A stretch of DNA of 64,000 nucleotides from Patescibacteria group bacterium. GTDB lineage: Bacteria > Patescibacteriota > Minisyncoccia > Phycocordibacterales > UBA9973. The notes under the pieces were generated by a model. It was not told the DNA's origin and made no database searches. It saw only the letters and a program-made list of their open reading frames with translations. A program made the position numbers and the translations under genes. The stretch is taken from contig JBBTUY010000004.1 of assembly GCA_038063515.1 (NCBI GenBank), positions 35,717 to 99,716 on the forward strand. The letters run 5' to 3'. Below are positions 11,466 to 20,327 of the stretch, one piece after another (position 1 is the first letter of the stretch; the number at the start of each line of letters is the position of its first letter).

Positions 11466-11540
11466 ATATTTAGGTTAAATTCTAATTTTATAATCTATGC
11501 AGTGTTACGACTTACTGCGTATCCGTATTATTATACAAAA

Positions 11541-11849
11541 TTATTTGCCTGCTTTCAATTCCTTTCTCTTTTGTGTTGGCTTCTTTTTTGGGAGGACGTT
11601 TTTCTTCTTGCCTTCGACTATCTTGTCGTGCACGAGAAAATTGTGCATGGTGTCTGAACACTGAGCACCGTTTCCCATCCAGTATTTTATACGATCTGCC
11701 TGTAGAGTCTTCACTCCGAGTTTAGGATTGTAATTTCCTAGTATTTCTAAGAATCTTCCGCTTTTAGTACTGTTCTTTGAGTCAGTTAAAACTACCCGGA
11801 AGCTTGGGTCGTTCTTTCGTCCTATCCTTTGTAATCTGATTTTTAACAT
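11541..11849 (-). CDS. rpsP: 30S ribosomal protein S16
   Basis: MLKIRLQRIGRKNDPSFRVV..GRFLEILGNYNP. Confidence 0.97.
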   Translation of the reverse strand: MLKIRLQRIGRKNDPSFRVVLTDSKNSTKSGRFLEILGNYNPKLGVKTLQADRIKYWMGNGAQCSDTMHNFLVHDKIVEGKKKNVLPKKKPTQKRKELKAGK

Positions 11850-11906
11850 TAGACCAGTTTAACACAAATTAGAAAAAAGGCAAATAAACATGCTATATTT
11901 AAATAC

Positions 11907-13880
11907 ATGAAGCAAAAAACAACAAACAGACTGCAAGGGGTGATATCCATATCTTCTAAAGGCACAGGATACGTAGCCATAGATCAAAATAAAGATAAGG
12001 GTAATGATCCAGAAATAGACTACAAGCATTTAAACACTGCCCTGCACGGGGACACAGTAGAGATAGTCCTCCACCCAAAAGGTCATGGTAGGCAGACAGC
12101 TGAAGTAAGTAAAATAATAACTCGAGCAAAAATGAGCTTTGCGGGTGTGCTCGAGCCCGTCTTCGCCGAGGCTTCGGCGGGCAAGGAAACTGATAAAAAT
12201 ATTTTTTTTGTTAAACCTGATGATACGAAAATGTATACGGATATTCTTGTAGCTAAAGAGGATTTAAACAATGCAAAAATAGGACAAAAGGTTTTTGTAG
12301 AAATAGTTTCATGGACTGATCCACGTAAAGCACCAAAAGGACGCATAGTGAAAGTCCTCGGTAAACCAGGAGAGAACAATGCTGAAATGAATGCAATAGT
12401 TTTAGAAAAAGGATTTGATACAAATCTCCCTCACAATGTAGAAGATGAAGCCAAAGCCATAAAACTTCGTGGCATAAAAAAAGAAGACTACGAGGGACGC
12501 AAAGATTTTAGACAAACTCTGACCTTCACAATAGACCCCTTTGATGCAAAAGATTTTGATGACGCTATTTCATTTAAAGAAGTAGGTGACCCCGCCAAGG
12601 ACGGGGTAAATTATGAAGTGGGTATACACATAGCAGATGTATCGTATTATGTTTTGCCTCAAAGTGCATTAGACGAAGAAGCTGGCGACCGCACAACTTC
12701 TGTATACTTAGTGGATAGAACGATACCCATGCTTCCAGAAGTACTTTCAAACGATCTATGCAGTCTAGTGCCAAATAAAGACAGACTGGCAATGAGTGCT
12801 GTTTTCATCGTAGACAAAAATGCACAAATAAAAAATGAATGGTACGGACGTACTGTGATAAATTCACAAAAAAGATTTACTTACGAAGAAGCGGAAGTTT
12901 CCATAAAAAAAAGTGGTACTCCCCTCCACAAAGAATTAACAATCTTAAACAATCTAGCGAAAAAATTAAACACGGAAAGATTTGAAAAAGGTGCGATATC
13001 CCTAGAACAAGAAGAAGTAAAATTTGTATTAGACAAAACTGGATTTCCTATTAAAGTCGTAAAAAAAGAGCGAGGAGACTCAAATAAATTAATAGAAGAG
13101 TTTATGCTCCTCGCAAACAGGCGTGTGGCAGAGATGCTTTCAAAAGGCTTAAAGAAAGACAATATAAAGTTTATATATCGCGTACACGACAATCCAAGCA
13201 AAGAAAAAATGGCAGATCTCGCATTCTTTTTAAAAAGCTTAGGACATAAGGTAAGCTTAAAGGACGGTATCATACCTACTCGTGAAATAAACAATTTACT
13301 TAAAAGCCTCAAAGGTAAAAATGAAGAAAACACAGTCGAGCGTGCAGTGGTACGAAGTATGGCAAAAGCCGTATATTCTACAAACAACATAGGACACTAC
13401 GGTCTCGCATTTGAATATTACACACACTTCACTTCCCCCATCCGTAGATACCCAGACATAATAGTACACAGAATACTAAACGAGTACTTAAAAGGTGCAA
13501 AGGTTGATACAGAAAAAATAGGTCAACTAGAAGAAATAGCCAAGGTCTCCTCGGTACAAGAAAAGTATGCTTCTGATGCAGAGCGTGCTTCAATAAAATA
13601 CAAACAGGTAGAGTACATGTCTAAAAAGAAAGGAGAGCTTTTTACTGGTGTGATAAGTGGCATCACAGAATGGGGTATGTATGTGGAAGAAAAAGAAACA
13701 AAGTGTGAGGGATTAGTAAAAGTCCGAGACATGAATGATGACTTTTACACATTTGATGAGAAGAAATTACAGCTCGTAGGACAAAAGAAGAAAAAGAAAT
13801 ACAGACTTGGAGATGAAGTTAGGATAAAAGTTAAGGAAGTTGATTTAGAAAAGAAAAATATTGATTATATTTTAGTATGA
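11907..13880 (+). CDS. rnr: Ribonuclease R
   Basis: TIDPFDAKDFDDA, VHIADVS-like motif, IEEFMLLAN, YTHFTSPIRRYPD, C-terminal S1 domain. Confidence 0.95.
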   Translation: MKQKTTNRLQGVISISSKGTGYVAIDQNKDKGNDPEIDYKHLNTALHGDTVEIVLHPKGHGRQTAEVSKIITRAKMSFAGVLEPVFAEASAGKETDKNIFFVKPDDTKMYTDILVAKEDLNNAKIGQKVFVEIVSWTDPRKAPKGRIVKVLGKPGENNAEMNAIVLEKGFDTNLPHNVEDEAKAIKLRGIKKEDYEGRKDFRQTLTFTIDPFDAKDFDDAISFKEVGDPAKDGVNYEVGIHIADVSYYVLPQSALDEEAGDRTTSVYLVDRTIPMLPEVLSNDLCSLVPNKDRLAMSAVFIVDKNAQIKNEWYGRTVINSQKRFTYEEAEVSIKKSGTPLHKELTILNNLAKKLNTERFEKGAISLEQEEVKFVLDKTGFPIKVVKKERGDSNKLIEEFMLLANRRVAEMLSKGLKKDNIKFIYRVHDNPSKEKMADLAFFLKSLGHKVSLKDGIIPTREINNLLKSLKGKNEENTVERAVVRSMAKAVYSTNNIGHYGLAFEYYTHFTSPIRRYPDIIVHRILNEYLKGAKVDTEKIGQLEEIAKVSSVQEKYASDAERASIKYKQVEYMSKKKGELFTGVISGITEWGMYVEEKETKCEGLVKVRDMNDDFYTFDEKKLQLVGQKKKKKYRLGDEVRIKVKEVDLEKKNIDYILV

Positions 13881-15799
13881 ATCCCGAACATAACAATAAA
13901 AGAAAAGAAAAGGTACACATGGCATTTTGGCTTGTTGTTTTTGTCGTAATAGGAATATACATTAGCTCCACTTCTTTTTCTTTATTTAGAGACAAAGATA
14001 TTTCTCCTGGTACAAACCTCGCTCTGGTATCAGAGTCAAACAAAGAAGGAAATGCTCTGCGGAAATACTCATATGTAAACAAAGACCTTATTGGCTCACC
14101 TAAAGTTTCGGCAAAAGCTTTTATAGTTGGAGATTTAAAAACGGGAGAAATAATACTTGCTAAAAATGAAGAGTCTAAGTTCCCCATTGCATCTACTTCA
14201 AAGCTCATGACAGCACTTGTCACCAAAGAACTTTCCACACCGACAGATGTAGTAAAAGTGAGCAGTAGAGCACTAGCGACATATGGTACAAACGGAGGAC
14301 TCAGATTAGGAGAGAAAATAAAAACACTAGACCTCGTATACCCCATGCTCCTTGAGTCTAGTAACGATGCGACAGAATTAGCCGCAGAGTACTTCGGCAG
14401 AGATACTTTCTTAACAAAGATGAATCAAAAGGCACAACAATTACAAATGACGCACACCTCCTACAAAGATCCAAGTGGTCTCTCTCCACAAAATATTTCC
14501 ACAGCCGGAGACCTTTTCAAACTCGCAGGATACATAACACAAAATAAAAATGACTTATTTGAAATAACAACAAAGAGAAGCTACTCCGACAAAGTTCACA
14601 GCTGGTCAAACATAAGTCAATTTTTAGGACAAGAAGGATACCTAGGAAGCAAGAGTGGCTACACAGATGAAGCAAAGCAAACAGTCGTCTCTATTTTTAA
14701 TTTACCTTTAGGTGAGAGTGGCTACCGTCCTATTGGGATTACTCTCCTTCAAAGTTATGATAGAAAAAAAGACGTAGAAACTATTTTAAAATATTTAAAA
14801 AAGTATGTGTATTACGGAGGCACAGTAGATGCAAATACTGACTGGGTAAAAGAAAAGCTGGGGATTCCAGACATACGTGAACCTGATTTCTTAAACCTAG
14901 CATTTCTTGGAGACATGATGCTCGACCGAGGAGTCAGGAATTCAGTAGTAAAAAATTTCAACAATGACTACTCTGCCCTTTTCGGAAAAGTAAAAGATTT
15001 GAGTGACACAATGAAAAAGTCAGACATAACTTTTGCCAACCTAGAGGGTCCTGCTTCCGACCAAGGCGCTGATCTTAAAAATTTATATTCTTTTAGAATG
15101 AATCCTGGTATTGTACCTGCACTCAAAGGTTCTGGTATCAGTATCGTATCTATAGCAAACAACCACGTCGGCGACTGGGGACGTCCTGCGTACAGAGACA
15201 CGCTAGGCAGACTCGCAGAAAATGAAATCCTCTACACAGGAGGAGGATACACAAGCATAGAAGCAGAAAAGCCAGCCATCATAGAAAAATACGGAATGAA
15301 AATAGGATTCCTTGGATTCTCAGACGTAGGACCAAACTGGATGGAAGCTTCGATAGAAAATTCAGGATTATTGCTCGCAAACAATCCTCGTTTTGATGAA
15401 ATAGTTCAAAATGCTTCAAAACAAGTAGACTACCTTGTAGTATCATTTCACTTTGGAGATGAGTACAAAACGATACACAACAAAAGGCAAGAATACCTAG
15501 CACACAAAGCAGTAGATGCTGGAGCTAAGATAGTCATAGGTCACCATCCACATGTAGTACAGGACACGGAAGTTTACAAAAATAGTTTTATCGCATATTC
15601 TCTCGGAAACTTTATCTTTGACCAGAAATTCTCTGTGGCCACCATGCAAGGCATGCTCTTAAATATTAAACTAAATAAAGACGGTAATATGACTATTAGA
15701 AAAGACATAGTGAAATTAAATTCTGCATTCCAGCCTGACAGCCTAACCAAAGGCAAAGAAGAAAATATATTATTTAAAGAAGTTAAACCAACACCATAA
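13877..15799 (+). CDS. Fusion of D-alanyl-D-alanine carboxypeptidase (peptidase S11) and CapA-family metallophosphoesterase domain, with N-terminal membrane anchor
   Basis: STSK, SSN and KSG penicillin-binding motifs; then GDMM, ANLEG, ANNH, HFG, GHHPH, YSLGNF CapA motifs. Confidence 0.85.
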   Translation: MNPEHNNKRKEKVHMAFWLVVFVVIGIYISSTSFSLFRDKDISPGTNLALVSESNKEGNALRKYSYVNKDLIGSPKVSAKAFIVGDLKTGEIILAKNEESKFPIASTSKLMTALVTKELSTPTDVVKVSSRALATYGTNGGLRLGEKIKTLDLVYPMLLESSNDATELAAEYFGRDTFLTKMNQKAQQLQMTHTSYKDPSGLSPQNISTAGDLFKLAGYITQNKNDLFEITTKRSYSDKVHSWSNISQFLGQEGYLGSKSGYTDEAKQTVVSIFNLPLGESGYRPIGITLLQSYDRKKDVETILKYLKKYVYYGGTVDANTDWVKEKLGIPDIREPDFLNLAFLGDMMLDRGVRNSVVKNFNNDYSALFGKVKDLSDTMKKSDITFANLEGPASDQGADLKNLYSFRMNPGIVPALKGSGISIVSIANNHVGDWGRPAYRDTLGRLAENEILYTGGGYTSIEAEKPAIIEKYGMKIGFLGFSDVGPNWMEASIENSGLLLANNPRFDEIVQNASKQVDYLVVSFHFGDEYKTIHNKRQEYLAHKAVDAGAKIVIGHHPHVVQDTEVYKNSFIAYSLGNFIFDQKFSVATMQGMLLNIKLNKDGNMTIRKDIVKLNSAFQPDSLTKGKEENILFKEVKPTP

Positions 15800-15803
15800 A
15801 GTC

Positions 15804-16982
15804 ATGGAAAATTCAAAGCCTCACTCATTGTGGATGGTTTGTACTATTTTGATAGTGGTGTTAGTAGTGCACGGTGCATGGACTAGAGATAAATTAATAT
15901 ATACGAGAATTTTAAATAAGGCACAAATACTACTTTCCACAAAAGAAGACACAACTAAAGAAGATGCTGCTATCCTTGCGAGCATAATAAACAATACTGA
16001 CGACAAGAGAAACACAGCACCCACCACAGAAGTACATAAAACAAAAGACACGATACACATAGGCTTTGTGGGTGACATAATTCCTGGTATTGATGCATAT
16101 CCTAATATGTTTTCAGATATTACTTCATACACAGAGAAGCCTGAGGTAATGATAGCTAACTTTGAGGGAGCAGCGACTGATTCTATATTTTCAAAATGTA
16201 AAATAGATTCTAAGAATTGTTTTTCATTTAATGGAAATGATATTTTCTTAAAATTACTACGAGACGCCTCATTTGATGTGTTAAATGTAGCCAATAACCA
16301 CTTTAATGATTACCGAGAAGTTGGACAAATAGACACAATAAGAAACATACGAGAAATAGGGCTTATACCAAGTGGCATGAAAGGTGAAGTAACTTATATA
16401 ACAAAAAATAATATCAAGATAAGTCTGGTAGGCTTCTCTAATTATTCATGGACAAATGATTTAAATAGAACTAATGAGGTGGCAAATTTAATACAAGAAG
16501 CAGATAAAGATGCGGACATTGTGGTGGTAGTATTCCATGGTGGCGGAGAAGGTGCTAGCTATTCTCATACACCAAGAGAAGTGGAATGGTATTTAGGAGA
16601 AAACAGAGGGGATCTTCGAGCCTTTGCACACAACGCCATAGACTCTGGAGCCGACCTAGTACTAGGTTCTGGTCCTCATGTTCTTCGTGGCATAGAATGG
16701 TATGAAAACAAGTTAATTGCTTACTCACTCGGAAACTTTGCTATGGCAGATGGAATACTAACCACAGGCACATTAAAAAATTCAGGGATGCTAAATGTAA
16801 CATTAGATAAACATGGCTCTATAATTTCTGGAAACATAGAATCTTTTGAAATAGATAGATACGGCATACCCCGCCCTGACTTAAGTAATACTGCAATTAC
16901 AATAATAAACAATCTCTCACAAAGTGACTTCGGAGAGCAAGGAGTAAAATTAAATCCTCTCGGAGAAATTAAAATAAAATAA
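15804..16982 (+). CDS. CapA-family (poly-gamma-glutamate synthesis-like) protein
   Basis: GDII, ANFEG, ANNH, HGG, GSGPHV, YSLGNF; N-terminal TM segment. Confidence 0.85.
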   Translation: MENSKPHSLWMVCTILIVVLVVHGAWTRDKLIYTRILNKAQILLSTKEDTTKEDAAILASIINNTDDKRNTAPTTEVHKTKDTIHIGFVGDIIPGIDAYPNMFSDITSYTEKPEVMIANFEGAATDSIFSKCKIDSKNCFSFNGNDIFLKLLRDASFDVLNVANNHFNDYREVGQIDTIRNIREIGLIPSGMKGEVTYITKNNIKISLVGFSNYSWTNDLNRTNEVANLIQEADKDADIVVVVFHGGGEGASYSHTPREVEWYLGENRGDLRAFAHNAIDSGADLVLGSGPHVLRGIEWYENKLIAYSLGNFAMADGILTTGTLKNSGMLNVTLDKHGSIISGNIESFEIDRYGIPRPDLSNTAITIINNLSQSDFGEQGVKLNPLGEIKIK

Positions 16983-17000
16983 ATATTATTTCGTTATAGC

Positions 17001-17025
17001 TTGTCAAACATCGGGTGTTTGACAA
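17001..17025. repeat. REP-like hairpin TTGTCAAACAT-CGG-GTGTTTGACAA
   Basis: Inverted repeat; a second copy in opposite orientation lies at 17336-17362. Confidence 0.7.
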
Positions 17026-17080
17026 TTGAGAATTCAAGACAAGATATTAAAAATTAAAATTTAGAAACCCCTTAAAATAA

Positions 17081-17120
17081 TAACAGTGCCGAGTGTGTTC
17101 TTACACACTCGGCACTGTTA
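17081..17120. terminator. 18-bp perfect hairpin downstream of the small ORF
   Basis: TAACAGTGCCGAGTGTGT-tctt-ACACACTCGGCACTGTTA. Confidence 0.6.
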
Positions 17121-17131
17121 CCTCCTGAAAA

Positions 17132-17278
17132 CTATGGTTCCAGGAGGTTCAAGTGTAGCATCGTGGCTTTTACAAGCCACGATGCTACAAACAAGGCAAC
17201 TGTCACAAGGACAATTACCATAACTATCAATACTATAGGATGCAATACGACTACATCCTTATCTTCTTCTTTTTTCAT
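17132..17278 (-). CDS. Small single-TM orphan protein (48 aa)
   Basis: Strong SD AGAGGAGGT before ATG 17278; MKKEEDKD followed by a hydrophobic helix. Confidence 0.6.
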   Translation of the reverse strand: MKKEEDKDVVVLHPIVLIVMVIVLVTVALFVASWLVKATMLHLNLLEP

Positions 17279-17335
17279 AAGTACCTCCTCTAAAAAAATA
17301 CAGTATTCAAAAAAAAAAAGCAACCTTATGCCATG

Positions 17336-17362
17336 CTTGTCAAACACCCGATGTTTAACAAG
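17336..17362. repeat. REP-like hairpin CTTGTCAAACAC-CCG-ATGTTTAACAAG
   Basis: Near reverse-complement copy of 17001-17025, abutting the smc stop codon. Confidence 0.7.
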
Positions 17363-19594
17363 CTACTTTGCAATTTGAGTGGCTTCGTCAAACTTTACAG
17401 ATAGAAGTTTTGATGCGCCATTACTAGCTATTGTTACACCATACAAAACTCCAGCACGAGACATAGTCTCTCTGTTGTGAGTCACGACGATAAGCTGTGA
17501 ATGCTTTGAGAGCTTCTCTATCATGTCCCCATATTTACGAGAGTTTGCTTCATCGAGTGCGGCATCTGTCTCATCTAATACGAGGAATGGTGGAGGATTT
17601 ACTTGTGACATAGCGAAAAGTATGGCGATAGAAGTGAGTGACCTCTCGCCACCTGAGAGTGCATGAAGTTCTTTTACTTTTTTATGAGGCAGTGATACGT
17701 CTATCTCTATCCCCTGCTCGAATACAAGCTCTTCATCTGTCTCAAGCAAAAATTCCCCATCTTCATCTTTTTTCTTTCTTTTATTTTCCACCACGACTGA
17801 AAGGTGTCCATGTCCACCACCAAACATGAGAGAGAAGAATTCTTGAAATTCTACATTTATTTTCTTGATACCTTCTTTGAATTCTATGTCTATCTTTTCT
17901 TTCAAATCTTTAATAAGAACATTCAAAGACTCTATACTCTGTGTGAGATCTTCTATCTCTTTTTGTAAAAATTCATCTCTTTCCGTAACCTCTTTAAATT
18001 CTTTCATTATATCAGACGCATTTCCAAGCCCCGCATCTTCGAGTTTGATTTTAATACGCTCTATACGTCTCTTTAATTCATCTTGAGAGCCCTGAGTAAA
18101 ATCCGGATCTTTTACAACAAAATCTTTGTATGATAATATCTCTCTACCTATGAGCACTGCCCCTTCTTTGATCTCGTTTTCAAAAGACTCAGCTCTACTG
18201 TGTAAATTTTCTTCTTTTAGATTTAAAATTCCGAGAGCTGAGGACAACTCCTGATATTTAACTTTAAATTTAAATTTCTCTTTTTCGAGATCTCGAAGTG
18301 CTTCCATCTCTGTATTGATTTCATTTTTAACATTTTCAACACTCTCTCTAAATTCTTTTTCTTTTCTTTCTAGGCCTTCTATTTCTTTTAAGATTTGTGT
18401 TTGCGTAGCTTGCAAAGCTTCTAATTCAAGGTTGATTTTCTCTTCTGTTTGTTCCTTTTTATTTTTATTAAGGGATTGTAGTATGTTTTTTATCCTGTCC
18501 AAGATAGGCTTGATCTCATCTATGGTATTTTTAGAAATTGCTTCATCTATACCGAAGTTTATCTCCTCGATAAAGACTTCCATCTCTCTTTGAGTTAAAG
18601 CCACCACTTCAGTACTCACTTCCTTTCTGCGAGTTTCTCCTTCTATCATTCCTTCTATGCGACCAAGCTTTCTGCTTATCTCAGCTTTTAAGTTACGGAT
18701 TTCATTTAATTTATTTTCTATCTCTCGTAATTCTTCAATTTTCTTATTCCCTTTTGTTGGAGCTTCCTCTTCGTCTGATATTTTTCCTGACACATCTTCG
18801 AGCTCTTTTAGGACTTTATGCTTTTCGAATGTAAGATTAGACTTTTCTTTCTCTAAGAAAATACTTTCTTTTTTAAGATACTCCATATATAGCTGTCCCA
18901 GCTCTATCTGCATATCTTTTGCTCTTTCAAACTTCTCTACCTGTCTCTTTAAAAAGTTAAGGTGGGGCGCATTTTCTCTGCGAAGTATCCCCACTTCTTT
19001 CATGTTTGTTTCGGTACGCTCAAGCTTCTTTTCAGATTCTTTTATTTTATATTGATAAACTTTGAGACCAAGTGCATCTTCTATCATCTCACGCCTCTCA
19101 CGTGAATTCGCATTTAGTATTCTGTCCGCTTCACCTTGAGAGATAATGTGGTGCCCTGAGGAGCCAATGTTAAGTGAAGACAGAAGATTGTGAATATCTT
19201 TAAGACGAACTTCGCTCCCATTTAAAATATATTTATTAAGTCCATCCGCATACACTTCACGTGAAATACAGATAGTATCATAATTCAAATCTATGTTTTC
19301 TCCATTTTCATTTGAAAGTTTAAATATCTTATCTGAGTTATCGAAATATATTTTTACCTGCGCGCTCGTACCTTTTGATAAACTTTTTGATCCTTTAAAG
19401 ATAAGATCGAGTCCAGACTTACCACGCATGGATTTCATAGACTGCTCTCCAAGGACGTATCTAAATGCTTCCACGACATTAGACTTCCCAGAACCATTCG
19501 GCCCCACAACACAAGTCACAGGGCTACCAAAATCTAAAACACTTTTTTGTGCAAAAGATTTAAATCCGTTTATTTCAAGTGTCTTGAGACGCAT
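17363..19594 (-). CDS. smc: Short SMC-family ATPase
   Basis: GFKSF, Walker A GPNGSGKSN, IISQG Q-loop, LSGGE signature, LDETDAALD, VTHN. Confidence 0.9.
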   Translation of the reverse strand: MRLKTLEINGFKSFAQKSVLDFGSPVTCVVGPNGSGKSNVVEAFRYVLGEQSMKSMRGKSGLDLIFKGSKSLSKGTSAQVKIYFDNSDKIFKLSNENGENIDLNYDTICISREVYADGLNKYILNGSEVRLKDIHNLLSSLNIGSSGHHIISQGEADRILNANSRERREMIEDALGLKVYQYKIKESEKKLERTETNMKEVGILRRENAPHLNFLKRQVEKFERAKDMQIELGQLYMEYLKKESIFLEKEKSNLTFEKHKVLKELEDVSGKISDEEEAPTKGNKKIEELREIENKLNEIRNLKAEISRKLGRIEGMIEGETRRKEVSTEVVALTQREMEVFIEEINFGIDEAISKNTIDEIKPILDRIKNILQSLNKNKKEQTEEKINLELEALQATQTQILKEIEGLERKEKEFRESVENVKNEINTEMEALRDLEKEKFKFKVKYQELSSALGILNLKEENLHSRAESFENEIKEGAVLIGREILSYKDFVVKDPDFTQGSQDELKRRIERIKIKLEDAGLGNASDIMKEFKEVTERDEFLQKEIEDLTQSIESLNVLIKDLKEKIDIEFKEGIKKINVEFQEFFSLMFGGGHGHLSVVVENKRKKKDEDGEFLLETDEELVFEQGIEIDVSLPHKKVKELHALSGGERSLTSIAILFAMSQVNPPPFLVLDETDAALDEANSRKYGDMIEKLSKHSQLIVVTHNRETMSRAGVLYGVTIASNGASKLLSVKFDEATQIAK

Positions 19595-19615
19595 AGTATC
19601 ATCTTACCATTAGAT

Positions 19616-20311
19616 CTAATCAACCCAATTTTTTATTTTTAATGCAGCTTCGGCTGCTTTCACTTCCGCTTCTTGTTTACTCTTACCGTTGCCTTCTGCT
19701 ATTTTAGATGTACCGAAAAATATACCAACAGTAAACTGCTTGTTGTGGTCAGGACCTATCTCATGCAAAACTTTGTATGCTGGGGTCACTTGTAGGAATT
19801 CCTGTGCCTTTTCTTGAATCAAACTTTTAGCATCACGCCAAAGCTTTTTGTTCACTATTTCATCAGTCTTTATGAGAAGATTTTCTGTAATAAATTTATT
19901 TACTGTTTCATAATTAGAGTCGAGATACATGGCACCAATGTATGCCTCATATGTATTTGCGAGGATGTATTGTCGTGCCTTCCCGTGATCCTTCGCTTCT
20001 CCTTTTGATAAAAGCAGATAATCATTCATACCTAACTCACTGGCTACTTCAGATATGATAGTCGCATTAACGAGTGCAGAACGCACAGCAGTCAACTCTC
20101 CTTCTGTATAATTTGAATATTTCTTATATAAATAATCTGTAGAGATGAGCTCGAGAACTGCGTCACCTAAGAATTCTAGACGTTCGTTGTGAGAAGTCTT
20201 CACACCGACATTTTCATTGATATATGAACGGTGTGTAAAAGCTTGTCTTAATAAATTTTTATCTTTAAAAAAGATATTTGTTTTTTTCTCAAAATTTTCA
20301 AAATTAATCAT
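19616..20311 (-). CDS. rnc: Ribonuclease III
   Basis: AFTHRSY, NERLEFLGDAVL, dsRBD GPDH..GKSKQEAE; start reassigned to ATG 20311. Confidence 0.96.
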   Translation of the reverse strand: MINFENFEKKTNIFFKDKNLLRQAFTHRSYINENVGVKTSHNERLEFLGDAVLELISTDYLYKKYSNYTEGELTAVRSALVNATIISEVASELGMNDYLLLSKGEAKDHGKARQYILANTYEAYIGAMYLDSNYETVNKFITENLLIKTDEIVNKKLWRDAKSLIQEKAQEFLQVTPAYKVLHEIGPDHNKQFTVGIFFGTSKIAEGNGKSKQEAEVKAAEAALKIKNWVD

Positions 20312-20327
20312 TTTATTATCTGTATTA

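Noticed and set aside
17309-17319. A11 homopolymer upstream of the small ORF as a phase-variable tract
   Set aside because: It could not be placed between credible -35 and -10 elements, and poly-A runs are common in this AT-rich DNA.
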